A DNA stretch of 64,000 bases from NCBI RefSeq assembly GCF_000315625.1, contig NW_005434669.1, positions 283,238-347,237 on the forward strand, written 5' to 3'. Shown here one piece after another: positions 12,830-24,635 of the stretch; the stretch's first letter is position 1; every line of letters begins with the position of its first letter. The position numbers and the translations under genes are program-made. The notes below the pieces were generated by a model. That model was not told where the DNA came from and searched no databases. It saw only the letters and a list, made by a program, of their open reading frames with translations. Origin of the DNA: Guillardia theta CCMP2712 (taxonomy: Eukaryota > Protista > Cryptophyta).

Positions 12830-14956
12830 TCATCCTGCAATGAAAGCTGTGTGCAAGTAGCCGCATGCCACAGACTTGACGCTGCTGAGAGATTCAACGA
12901 TGGTTGGCTCGACCTAAAGCAGGAATTCAATGAACATGGTCACGGTATAAATGAGAGGTTCTACCAGCCAGGAGGACGTGGTTGGATGTCCCAAAACGTG
13001 GTTGGTCCCGACGAACGCAAAGCCCTCCATCATAACCTTGTTCCTGCCCCAAGTATAGACCTTGCCTTCTTCGGTGATTGCTGCGGAGTAGCTGTTCCCA
13101 GCAAAAACTTGCTGTTTAGAAGCAGCATGAGCAAGCGAGTGCGAAGGGAGGAGGAAGACCTTCACACGGTGGGAGGGATCAGCTGGTGCAGAGAGCAGAT
13201 TCAAACGGTGAGGCGTGTGGTAGCTGAATCCAGCAGCACCCCAAACATAGACAACTGCGTCTTCTGTGACAGCGACACAATGCTGATGACCGAGGTGAAT
13301 AAAAGCAGAAGGAGAGAATGTTTCAACTCTACAACCTGATGTCCGCATCCAATGTGCAGCACTGAAGAGCCTTTGAAGCATTCATCTCTATCCAAGCTTG
13401 TAGGGCTGCACTCAACAGGAATCAATGTGAGGAAACGAAAAAGGAGAGATTGCGCATACGAAGATTCTTGAGCAAAGACGCTCATTCCCTCTAATCCCAA
13501 CTCACCAACCTGAACATGTAAGCATCATTGACTTCCTCCTGAACCATTGGAACAAAACCTTATTCTTTCCCCAAGTGTACAAGGTTCCATCCAACCCAAT
13601 AGCTGCTGTGAAATTTTCGCCGCATTCTATCCATTTCATCTTCTGCTAATAAAAGTCTTATGTCTTGCACAGTCTGAGCTGCCATGGTCTCACTGGAGAT
13701 TCAGAGATCGGCTCCGGTTGCAAGAAATCTGTGTTGTTGCCGTGTCCGAGCCTGCCTTGCTCACCCTAATGGCATGTCACAGTAAGCCTTACGAAAGTGC
13801 AGCAAAGTCGCATACATGACCCCAGGTGAACATGGTTCCATCTTGACTGAGCGCTACACTGTGCTTAGCTCCACAGGAAATGTTGGTGATTTTTTCGCCG
13901 TTCAAACGCTGCACTCTTGTCATCCACCCTTACGACTGCCTGCCTCTTATCTTTTACTTCGATTCGTTTCGGCACTGGCAGGGAAGCTTTGTCTCCATGG
14001 CCCAGTGCACCAACTCCCGCACCGGGGGTACCTGATCCACCCCATCCCCAGGAGTAGACCTGTACAACGTGTCAGGCCAAGTTGCACTCACTTATTGAGA
14101 TTCCACCCACCTCGCCGATGTCAGAGAGGGCAAGGACGTGATATTGTCCTGTATGATTGTCAATTGTTAAAGTCAACAAAATCTTTAGCGATCACCTGCA
14201 GCAATCTTGACGATCTTGATCCCATCGAGCCCATGCACAATGGTTGGTTCTGAGAACGCCGCGGAAACACAATGATTTCAGAGGCCGGGAGCAGATTAAT
14301 GAGACTCGTCGATCCTACCATATGAAGACGACCCAGCATTAGGATTACCGAGTTCTCCATTCTTGTTGTCGCCCATTGAGTAGACTTTTCCTGGATGTAT
14401 CAAGTCATTGCTGGCCGAGTTTGTTGCAGTGCCAGGTTGCACCCGATTCTGTGACGAACACTGTGAACTTCTTGCCGCAGGAGACATCAATCACAGGTTC
14501 TGGTATCGGGATTTCTGTTGGTTGCTTAACATTGTGTCAAAATGACATACTTATGAGTGGCTCTTTTCATGTACTCACCTTGGCCTTGACCACGTCCTTT
14601 CCCAGTCCCAACGCACCGGAATTGGACCAGCCAGACACAAACAGCTTCCCGGCTTTGTTCTGCATGCTAGAAAACTGACGGATTCCAGCTGCTGATATAC
14701 CACCACGCACAAAGTGCGGGGTAGGAAGACGACGTTGCATACATGAGGCGCGTGCCGCCTTCACCCTGCAAACCACAAATGGGATTTGCACATTCGTAGC
14801 GTTGGAATGCTGGAGGATGAAGGAGTTTGGTACGGAGGGGGGGTGTCCATGAGAGACCGAGCTGTAGTTGCACGTGTTGTTGTGATGGGTAGGAGGAGAG
14901 GGAGCGGCGCATATCGCCATCTTCCTTCGCCCGAACGCTCGCCATGCCAGCTGCAT
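12830..14956 (-). CDS. RCC1-repeat beta-propeller protein with possible mitochondrial presequence
   Basis: GKLFVSGWSNSGALGLG, GKVYSMGDNKNGELG, GHQHCVAVTEDAVVYVWG, AGNSYSAAITEEGKVYTWG, VKSVACGYLHTAFIAG*. N-terminus MQRRLPTPHFVRGGISAAGIRQFSS. Start is 14740 or 14956. Confidence 0.85.
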
Positions 14957-15298
14957 TGTCGAGGGTCGCAATATACGACCGACACCTTCATCACCCTCAT
15001 ACCCAGTGAACTCGCCGAGTCGGACTGACCGTCTGACGGCCCGGGAGCACTGACGGAGCACTGACGGAGTCCGATCGCTGAGACGGCCGGCCGGGCCCGC
15101 CAGGTCCCGGCGCGCCGTCAGTGACGCGAAGCTTTTACTCAAATTTAAGCTAAAAATTAACCGTACTCAAAAAATAGCTTTTACACAAAATTGACGGAAG
15201 TAACGGCGGGCTAAATGAAACTTTGAAGCTTCGCCTTACGGGCCGGCCCGGCCGGCCCGGCGGCGGCCGCGTGTCGCAGTAGTACCTACTTAAAACAT

Positions 15299-15387
15299 TG
15301 AGTGTACTAGTTTTAACTTAACTTTGAATGTACTAGTTTTAACTTAACTTTGAATGTACTAGTTTTAACTTAACTTTGAGTGTACTA
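15299..15387 (+). repeat. 26-bp tandem repeat TGTACTAGTTTTAACTTAACTTTGAA, 3 copies plus a partial
   Basis: tgtact recurs at 15303, 15329, 15355 and 15381. Confidence 0.95.
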
Positions 15388-15593
15388 AGGACAATGAGGC
15401 AGGTCGTACGCCGGTCGGAACTGGCCTTTTACTCAACTCGCAATATTTGATATTAAAATGTAGGCGCATGAAGCTGACAGGAGATGAAGTTCATATGACA
15501 TGTTTTCAATTCAGATCTCACAAACGCGATGCAACCCTTTGGTTAGTAGGGTTTATTAATCAACATGCACTGCAAGCAGTCAACCGATACTAC

Positions 15594-16118
15594 CTAGATG
15601 CTCACATTGTTCTTAAGAAAATACTTCTGCGCATGAGATCTGACTTGCAACTCTGTTCTTGTCCCGACCATGCAGGCGATTGCCTGTGCTATTCCTGGGC
15701 CAAGCCCGACAAACACTCTTCCATCCGCTCCTCGGGATAGCCCGGCATAAGGACAGTAAAGGTTCAGACCCTCCAAGAAACGCTCATGCTCGTCCTTGCT
15801 CCAACGCTTCTGCGTAGTCCCCTGAATCTTGGGTTGACGCTTTTTGCCGACCTTGCTTGGCTTGTTCGCAAATTTCTTCTCAGGCATTGACACGACAGAA
15901 CTAACTTCATCGCTGTCATCGCTTCCTCGCTCTGAAGCCGGATGCGAGGCATCCTTTTCGTTCAGCTGTTCACCTTCACACCAGAGAAGGTGATCAAGCC
16001 CGCATTCTTGCTCGCACGAGAAGTAATGGTCCACGAGAGCTTTTGCTATTTGTGCGTCCTCGAAGGCAGGGTGAACGTCATGGGGAAAGAGAGAAGCGAT
16101 GGCATCATCGACGAGCAT
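15594..16118 (-). CDS. Single-repeat Myb-like transcription factor, SHAQKYF class
   Basis: RWSKDEHERFLEGL...IACMVGTRTELQVRSHAQKYF in a 174-aa single ORF. Confidence 0.92.
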   Translation of the reverse strand: MLVDDAIASLFPHDVHPAFEDAQIAKALVDHYFSCEQECGLDHLLWCEGEQLNEKDASHPASERGSDDSDEVSSVVSMPEKKFANKPSKVGKKRQPKIQGTTQKRWSKDEHERFLEGLNLYCPYAGLSRGADGRVFVGLGPGIAQAIACMVGTRTELQVRSHAQKYFLKNNVSI

Positions 16119-16892
16119 TTGCGCTGGTCACAAGAGCAGGATCTATTGACGACGAAAGGTATGACGTGCTGAGAAACTGCAGCAGGAGAAGATGAACAGG
16201 TGGGAGGAGTGGGAGGAGTAGGAGGAGCAGGAGGAGCGGGAGGAACCGGAGAACGAGGAGAAGACTGCAGAGGTGAGGAGGGGAGGGAGGTGTCGGTAAT
16301 AAATAGGGGAAACCGGGGAACAACGGAACTCAAGCGATGCGAAGAGATGCACCGCCAAAATCAGTATGTTTGGCGAACTTTTCTTAGCCGTATCCGATGC
16401 GAAGAAGTATGTTTTCAATACTAGTCAGTCATCAAATCACGTTACCATGCCGTTTTCTGCCGAGGCCGATGCGAAAAAGACTATTTTCACTACTAGTCAA
16501 TCATCAATCACGCCGCCAGATTTACACCATGGCATGATGTCAATAGCTCCGAAACTCCGGCCGAGTCATCTTGCTAGTAAAGCCATCGGCAGACCTATTG
16601 ATTTCAAGTGTTGATACACTTATTTGAAAGTTAAGTTAAAATTAGTATGAGGATAATCAGATACTACCAAAAATATCAAAGCTGCTGAAAGATGGACCTC
16701 GTGATATGAAAGTGACCAGATCCGTTGATTTTTTTTAGGAGCCTTACGTCCAGTCTGCCTCAGAAGAAGTACCTATTGGGATTCAAGGGCAGCAAAATTC
16801 GCTTAGCAAAGCCATATCATGGGGCGGGCCTGCGATCAGTTGGGGGCGCATGCTGGCTGCCCGCGAATAGAACCCTCTGAAGTGTGGTGCGC

Positions 16893-18391
16893 ATGGCGAG
16901 CAGGGACGTCATGAACCTCATGCTCATGCTCACTGCCGGCTTGCCCTCCATCATCTCCGTCTACCTTGTCCCGCACTCACTGTGCTCTCCTGCTCCTGCT
17001 GAGGGCTGGCTGAAGGACGCATGCGAGCTGGCCTTGGGGAGCCCGATCGTCTTCGTCAACGTCCTCTTCTTCGTCAACGTCTCAGTTGGCTTCTGGATCA
17101 TCGGGCTGGTGCAAGGGAATTTCTGGCTGATCGACCCTTACTGGACCTTCATACCTCCCCTCATTGGCCACTTCTACCTCAGCCATCCCCTCGCGGTCCA
17201 TCCTTCCACTGCTAGGGGGATGGTGGCCATGGCGCTTGTTTGGATATGGAGCATCCGGCTCACTCACAACTATGTGAAATCATTTTCCTCTCCTTGTTTA
17301 GAAAGTGACGCCCCGCCCCAGTTCCGAAGAGAAGGATGGAGGTGTGGGGCGAGGGAAGACTGGCGATATACCAAGATGGCTAAGGAGCATCCTTCAGCAT
17401 GGTGGGCTGTGCCATGCAGATGTAGCAACAGCACCTGACATGTTCTTTCAGGTGGATCTTAAGCTTCTTTGCCGTGGGTCTGGCTCAGCAGCCGATGCTA
17501 GTTGGTAGCGCAGGCATGTCAGCTTCCTTGGCATGACACGGGAGTTTGTAGGAATTTCGCTCCCTCTTTACTCCACTGCGTTCTCAAACAAGGTGTAGCA
17601 CAGCGGTTTGAGCGATGATGGGCTGCTGACCACTCCGTTCTTTCTGTGTTGAATCGCCTCCTCCATCCCTGGACCTTGAAGCAATGGAATCTGATAGATT
17701 CTATCGCCACCATGTTGTGTTTGAAAGGGATTCTGATTGCATTCGTTGCCGACAATCAGTTGTACAGGTCTACATGTCGGAGATTATTTCTTCTGTCCCC
17801 TCAAATGATTTGATAGATATATGAAATCCAACGAAGATCGAGAAGCGAAGGGACAGAAGAAGGTTGTGAGAGAAGAGGAGAGGCGAGGAGAGGAGAGGAG
17901 ACTAACGGGAGGAGAGAGGAGGAGAGGAGACAAGGTTGATCTTTGCTGATCCTGGTGAGCAGCAGGAGCTGCTTGATGCGGGGTTGTGGGGTTTGAGTCG
18001 ACATCCCAACTACTTCGGAGAGATCATGTGGTGGACGTCTTTTGCTCTGTTCTCAGTCAAGTGAGCATCAAGACTTACTATCCTCTCTCGATGAGCTGAC
18101 ATTGCCTCGTTTCTTCTGCTCTCGTTTCCCTCCCTTTGCCTCCCAGTGTTGGTGAGTGGCAAATGGTCGGAGGAACGGTTTTCAACACGTTGGTTCTTGT
18201 CTATGTGTCGATGATGACGGAAGAAAGAATGCTGAAAGGTCTTTTTGGCATGCTGTTGATGAATGCGAAGTAGGGTGATGTGCATTGCAGGATGGACTGA
18301 AGAGAGGGCAAAGCGATACCGAAGGTACATCTCAGAGACGCCATGCATAATTCCCAACATCTTCAAACTTTGGTCGAAGCCCAAGAAGTGA
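16893..18391 (+). CDS. DUF1295 / steroid 5-alpha-reductase-like membrane protein, multi-exon
   Basis: WLIDPYW, VWIWSIRLTHNY|FRRE, REDWRY, FVADNQL, GLWGLSRHPNYFGEIMWW. Confidence 0.88.
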
Positions 18392-18515
18392 TGTTTCCTG
18401 TCTCTTCGTGTACATGGTGTATTGATGATGTGACAAATATGTCGAGTGTGTCTTTTCTGTGAAAGTTATCCAATCCAAACTTGCATCGCGCGTGAGTTTC
18501 TCGTTTCGTCGTTCA

Positions 18516-19901
18516 TTACTTTGAATCACGAAGAAATTCACGAACTTGAGCGACAAAGAACTTCTCTGCCGAAGCACTCTCGGGATCCTCCTGCTCGAAA
18601 ATCACATGTAGGTTGTAAGCGAGCGAGCGAGCGAGCGAGCGAGCGAGAAAGAGAGTGAGTGAGTGAGTGAGTGAGTGAGAGTGAGGGAGAGGGAGGGAGG
18701 GAGGGAGAGGGAGAGAGAGAGGGAGGGAGAGGGAGAGAGATGGAGAGGATGGGCAAAGATCGTTGAGAGAGAGGGCATCTCACAGGCAGCGGCGAGAGAG
18801 CATGGTTAGCGTTGGGGACGACGAGAGGGACGACCCTGCAGTCTCTCATTATCACATAGGAGACGACAATAAAGAACAAGCACCTTGCCTTCCCCCCCTC
18901 TCCTCTCATCGCCCTGGCGATTCTCTCCACGAGCTCCTGCCGCCGATCATTCACTATGAGAGCCCAGCAACGACATGGCTGACCTGCTTGTTCACCGTAG
19001 AAGGAACGTACTCATCCTTAGAAGAGTATGCTATCATGACGTCGGTGGTGCTGTAGAACCCCCCGAACCTCCTCGCGAGCTCGTCCTCGCTGAGATCCGA
19101 GGAGAAGTAGTCGTCCTTTCCTCCCACATCGTTGAGATCCAAGAACCTCTGTGCTGTGACTGGAGCCCAGCACGCGGATCGGGGCAGGAACTCGTCTCCT
19201 CCACCTGACTGCCTGGCAAGCTGCCTCGCCGCCTGTAAGTTCTCCTGCTGCTTCGCCAGAGCGTCCGCGTCCTCAAGCTCGCGGTCGCTGACACCGGCCT
19301 GGAGGATGATGTGCGAGATGTTGTGCTGTGGGAGGTTCTCCCTGCTGCGCATGTAGTGGCAGGCGATCTGACAGCCGGTGGAGTGACCGCAGATCGCAAA
19401 CTTCTTCCCCTCCCTCTCCCTTGCAAGGAAATCGAGCAGGGCAGACAAGTCCTCGACGTCTCTCTCCAGCGAGCCGAACCCCCACATGTTGTACGATGAT
19501 CGCAGGATAGGCTGCACCATGGACCATCCCTCTTCGCTCGCTGCCTGCCCGAGCGACGGGACGTACCAGCATGGTAGCAAGCCGTCGGAGAGCCCTCCTA
19601 TCATGATGAGCTTCTTCTCTGCATCGCCGGGCCCACTCTCGAAGGCCTGCAGCTGAGGAGCGTACTGGAACAGCGATCCCCTCATGCCGTCCTGCCGGGG
19701 GTCGCGGGCCGACATCACCGTCCTTGTCCTGGAATGCAGAAAATGAGACGAGCGCTGCAAGACTTGAGACGCAAATCTCGACAACCCCGCCAGGCTGCGC
19801 GCCATGAAAGCTTCACAGGGAGGAACAGGGAGGGCGAGGAGGAGGAGGATCAGGAGGAGGAGAGGGGCGTCGGCAGGGATTATGCCTGGTTTGCCTAGCA
19901 T
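18516..19901 (-). CDS. DUF1749 (UPF0613/SidJ-like) alpha/beta hydrolase with bipartite plastid-type presequence
   Basis: IGGLSDG, GFGSLERDVEDL, nucleophile elbow GHSTGCQ, ILQAGVSDRE, DDYFSSDL, DEYVP, NANHAL. Signal peptide ends CEA-F. Confidence 0.9.
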
Positions 19902-20354
19902 CGATGCATCAACGGCTGGGGAAACGACCGTGTCAATTCAGAGGTCCTATCCCTCCTCCTCCCCTCTCCCTTCCTCCTCCCCCTCTCCCTTCCTCCTCTC
20001 TCTCTCTCGCTCCCCTCTGCCCGCTACCTCCCCCCTGCTTCTCTCCCCTCTGCCCCCCTCCCTTCCCCAGCCTCCATATCCCAATCCGACCCTGACCAAC
20101 CCTACTGAACAATTGCCAGATCGTCAAAAATCTCCTCCCTACCTCCCGCTTCCCTCCTCCCCGCTCCCTCACTTACTTCCGCTATCTCCCCGCTGACCAC
20201 CAGCCTGCCAGTCCTCTCTCCTCTCCCTCCATCTTCTCCTCTCTCACAACTTCCGCCCCCTCCACTCTGCAGCAGGGAGGGAGGAGACAGGAGCACGAGC
20301 TGGGCGAGAGGAGGAGAATGGGAGTGGATGTCGGGGAGGGTCTGAGAGAGAACT

Positions 20355-20384
20355 ATGTCAAGCTCTCATGATGCACAGCCACAA

Positions 20385-20417
<33 letters not shown>

Positions 20418-23400
20418 TCCTTCCTCCATGTAGCCCGGACCTCCTCCGTCTCTGCTCGCTTCCTCCTAGCGATCCCCTCCGACTCTGAGACATGCCTAGT
20501 CCTGGTGCAGGTGCAGGTGAAACATGCTAGAGGCCTCGGGCACAGGATCATCCTCTACGTGGACGGGAAGGAAGAGGATGTGCAGGGCAGCGACTTGATC
20601 GCGAGCTCCCTTCTCATGCTCCGCGTCCCCTCGACCTCCCGGAGCAGGTCAGAGCTCCTCCTCGTTGTCATGAGCAGGGACGAGTACGTCGCCATGGCGT
20701 CAGCGTCACTGGCAGCAGCATGCAGACTGTTGGACCCAGCAGACGGAACTGACTTGCCTCCCATCCTCCTTGTGCACACAAAGGGCTCCAAGGGCGCGAC
20801 CCTCAACTGCCAGCAAGTCAGCGAAATGGCGGGCAGCTCGAAGTTGACAATGTTGGTGTCGTCGCAAGCAGGTCAGGAGTGCATGTCTTGCCCGACCGTC
20901 TTCGGTCCTTTGCAGTGTGTTCACTTGTCGTATGCTCTGTTCGAGGTGCTCCTTCATCGCGCAGCCCTGGTCATCACGGACTCGGAGTGGGCAGTCAGGA
21001 AGGCACAGGAGAGGAGCGTTGCTGTGAGATGGTTGTCGGCAGACCCTGAGAGAAGCTCGGTTGAGCTGTCAGGGAGGGAGGAGAGCAGTGTAAGGGAGGG
21101 GAGCAGTGTAGGGGAGGAGAGCAGTGTAGGGGAGGAGAGGAGCTTAGGGGAGGGGAGGAGCGTAGGGGAGGGGAGGAGCGTAGGGGAGGGGAGGAGCGTA
21201 GGGGAGGGGAGGAGCGTACAGGAGCAAGCACGCTCCTTCACTATCGGAGTCATCCTGACAGTTTACAAGAGGAACAACCTGGAAGAGCAGTTTCAGTCGG
21301 TGTTTCGGCAGACCCTGAGGCCAGCTGAAGTCCACGTCTTCCAGAACGAAGACCATGTCGATGTGGACAGTGTAGTACACAGGGCACAGTCTGCTCGGCC
21401 AGACATCAACATCAGGCTGACCAAGTTGTCCATGAACACCAAGTTTCATGGCAGGTTTCACCTTGCAGGGCAGCTCTCTACTCACTTCGTCTCCGTCTGG
21501 GACGACGACATCGTTCCCGGTCGTGACTGGCTCAGAAGCTGCGTCGAGTACTCGCTCGATCACGGGCTGGCATTGGTGGGATGCAACAGCAGGAATATCG
21601 TACGTATCCTTCACAACCATGAATGGCACGCCAAGCAAGAGGAGGCAGAGCGGGGAGGTGCAGGGCCCGTCGACTTCGTGGGTCAGTGCTGGACTCTCTG
21701 GCGAGAACACCTACGGCACTTCCTGCATGCCCGGCCCTTCACATGGACGACAGGGGAGGACATTCAGTTGTCCTTTTCCTTGCAGAGGGCAGGCATCGAG
21801 TCACACCAGGGCCCCATCGAGGGGGAGGCGATTCCCGACGAGCGGAGGGGAGCGTACGCGGTAGATCAGTTCGCCTCTCACCTCGACAGGAAGGCGCAGG
21901 ATGTGCGGCAGCTGCTATTCTGTCGGCTGCTGAGAGCAGGGTTTCATGCGAGGAAGTGCGAGAACTGCGATGAGGAGACCATAGCGGCGTGCGTGACACA
22001 TTTTCAGACGATCATCCAAGTCGAGCAGTCTGTGACAACGACGCCACTGGAGTCAGACAGTGAAGAAGGGAGCAGAGAGAGGGGGAGGAGGAGGAGGAGG
22101 AGGAGGAGGAGGAGGAGGAGAGCGGTCTTCATGTTTGCAACCAGGATGGAACTGATCAAACTTTCGGCACTCGTCACCGTCTCGAAGGCTCGTCGAAGTT
22201 TCCGCACCGTGCTGGTCTTTGCTGGACAAGATCCCAGCGCTCTGACTGACGTGGAAGACTTCGATCTCACTGTAGATCATTCCCTCTTCGTTCCCCAGCA
22301 GAACTCCTCCTCTCCCACACTGGCACAGGTGGTGGAGGGAGTCGAGAGGCTGGTCGGCCTTACAGCCAGCGACGTCTTGCTCCTTGCTCCATCGCGACTG
22401 GGGTCAGCAGCAGCGGCGATCCTTGGAGTCAACAGCAGGTGTACGATCGTGCATGTCAACGCTGCGATGACCGGATGGGACGAGAAGCTCCTGCGACTTG
22501 AACGCGCTGCCACGTCATCATCTTGGTACTTTGCTACGTCCGACGAGGAGCACGAGTTGCTTGTTGGAGCAGGTGCTGCTCCTACTCGGGTTGTTACGGC
22601 AGGAAGTACGATCCTCGACGCGATCCGAAGGTCAGTCCCGTCGGTGCGACGGTCGAAGTTCTCCATGGCAAGTGTGTTCAAGGGCAAGAAAGTAGTTTTG
22701 TTGCACATTCAACGTCACGCGCGGGCCGTTGGACCCGCACTGTCGCAGCTTGAGTGTGAGGATTGTTTCTTCGTGTTGATGAAGGAAGCAGGTTATGATG
22801 AGGAACAGGAGGAGACGATCTCAAGGATGTGCGAAGCTCCCGACACAACACTGTATCTCAACCACAAACCATTCTCTGATATCTTGTCGATATCCAGGAG
22901 AAGCCATGTCATCATCGTTGACAACGAGGAATATGTTGAGGTGTACAGCCTGCTGGGAAGGCAAACGATTCTGTTGAGCGAGGCACATGAAAGCAATCCC
23001 AGTCGCCAAGGAAGTGTGCTGGTCAGGCCGTCCAACACAACTGCCCTCTTGCTTGCCGTCAGGGCTGCACTGGAGAACAATTCGAAAGGTGATGTGTTGG
23101 ATCGACTGGTTCCAGCAAGGCAGGGAGCTGCGATTGAGGTGATTTATCAGACGATCGTAAGACAGGTCCCTCCATCACGGTCAGTTCATCGTCATCAGTT
23201 GGAGCCGACAGGATCCTATCACCTCGATCCACCCCTCTACTCTCATCCCTTCTCCGCTCTGAGCACGGCAGCTGGTTTGCTGCTTGATTTCCTCTCCAAG
23301 GAGAACGTGGAGACCCTGGTGGACTATGAGTGCCGGATGGATTCATCGCAGAGGCAGAGATCGGTCAAAACACCTTGTGTCGGTCATCGGATTCTCCAGC

Positions 23401-24635
23401 AACAAGGAGAGAAGCAAAGAGTGGAGTTTCGTTTCTGGCCCAGCCGCAGTGAAGACCTTGATACTGTACAGAACTCACTTGTCTTCTTGCCGAGTGTGGG
23501 CGAGAGTCGCCAAAATCTGCAGGATCTTGGTCTGAGGAGACTGCTCAACTCAACGAAAGGACGCCTCCTCTTGCTCACTTGCTCCCCATCAGTGCTTGAT
23601 AGCAACGGGGCAGTCGATGGATCGCGATTGTTGGAGCAGCTGCCTCAGGAGTTTGTTCACGCTGGCAGCCACGAGCTCGACGACCATCTTCATCGCTGCT
23701 CTCTGTTCGAGCTCCAACGGCAGAAGGCCCTTGAGGGGAGAAGAGAGTTCTGCTGGAGGTTCGGTGACGACCTGTCCTTCAGCAGCAGCCTGATCGCCAT
23801 GTTGCATGCATTCTGGTTGTCCGTGAACGCGGGAAGGACCCTTGTGATGCCTTCAAGTGCCAACCACAAGGAGTTCAGCTCCCGCTTGCAGGACTTGTTC
23901 AGTCTTGACTCGTCCTCGATCGAGGTCCTGTCAGACCATGCCTTCCAGCAAGTCTGCGGCGATCCCGAGATCTTGACTGTGCTGGACTTGCTGGCTGATC
24001 TGGGGGGCAGAGCTGTCACAGTCGATCCTGCCGACGCGCTTGACACGCGCGAGCCGCCGGTGGCAGCCATGACAAGGCTGTACCGCAGCCTGAAGTTCTC
24101 AGCGCGGGCCCTGCTGGAGGCTGAGGTTTTCATTGCCCAGCAGCTCGGCAGTCCCTTCATAGCTGTCCACATGACCAAACGGACGACAGACGAGTGTGTG
24201 GAAGAAGCAGGGGGGTGGAAGGAGCCAACCCAGCCCTCGTCATCTGCGCGTGCGGCCACTTGTGCGCACTCGTTGCCCGCCTCCATCAGGAAAGCTGAGC
24301 AACAGCTGGGCAGGGAGGGTGCGGAGATTTTCGTCAGCACCGGCGACGAGCACGAGGCTCTGGGGTCACTGGGGGCGTACAGGGAGAGGATGAAGTTCTA
24401 CGACTCCGTCTGCGAAGGCTTCGAGTGCGTGCTGGCCGACATGCTCGTCTGTGCCAAGTCCGACGTCTTCATCGCAAACCGGCTCAGCCCCTTTGCGCTA
24501 AACGTCGCGAGATGGAGAGGAACGAGCGATGGGCCGAGAGCCGTTCGCTTCTCCGACGACGACGGCATCCTCGTTCCCCTCTGGGAAGGATACCCAGACC
24601 CAACTCCCCATGAGGACGAGGCAGCACAGGTCTGA
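20355..24635 (+). CDS. Secretory-pathway multi-domain glycosyltransferase: GT2-like + degenerate UDP-GlcNAc 2-epimerase-like + possible degenerate methyltransferase + O-fucosyltransferase-like
   Basis: 1426-aa uninterrupted ORF with a poly-Leu signal. GVILTVYKR...VWDDDIVPG...GED (GT-A). MFATRMELIKLSAL resembles GTRPEAIKMAP. PFIAVHM...IFVST...DMLVCAKSDVFIANRLSPF resembles POFUT/GT-B. Confidence 0.8.
21080..21221 (+). repeat. 18-bp minisatellite (SVGE(E/G)(S/R) repeats), possibly an in-frame intron
   Basis: About 8 copies of gtaggggagg(g/a)gag(g/c)ag(c/t). GTAAGG at 21090 and TACAG ending 21221 bound 132 nt. Confidence 0.85.

Noticed and set aside
14700-14712. VRGG in the RCC1 protein N-terminus as a second ubiquitin-mimic presequence
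   Set aside because: No preceding signal peptide; the context (RQFSS) looks mitochondrial.
15299-15387. 26-bp repeats as a CRISPR array
   Set aside because: Head-to-tail with no spacers, no cas genes, eukaryotic context.
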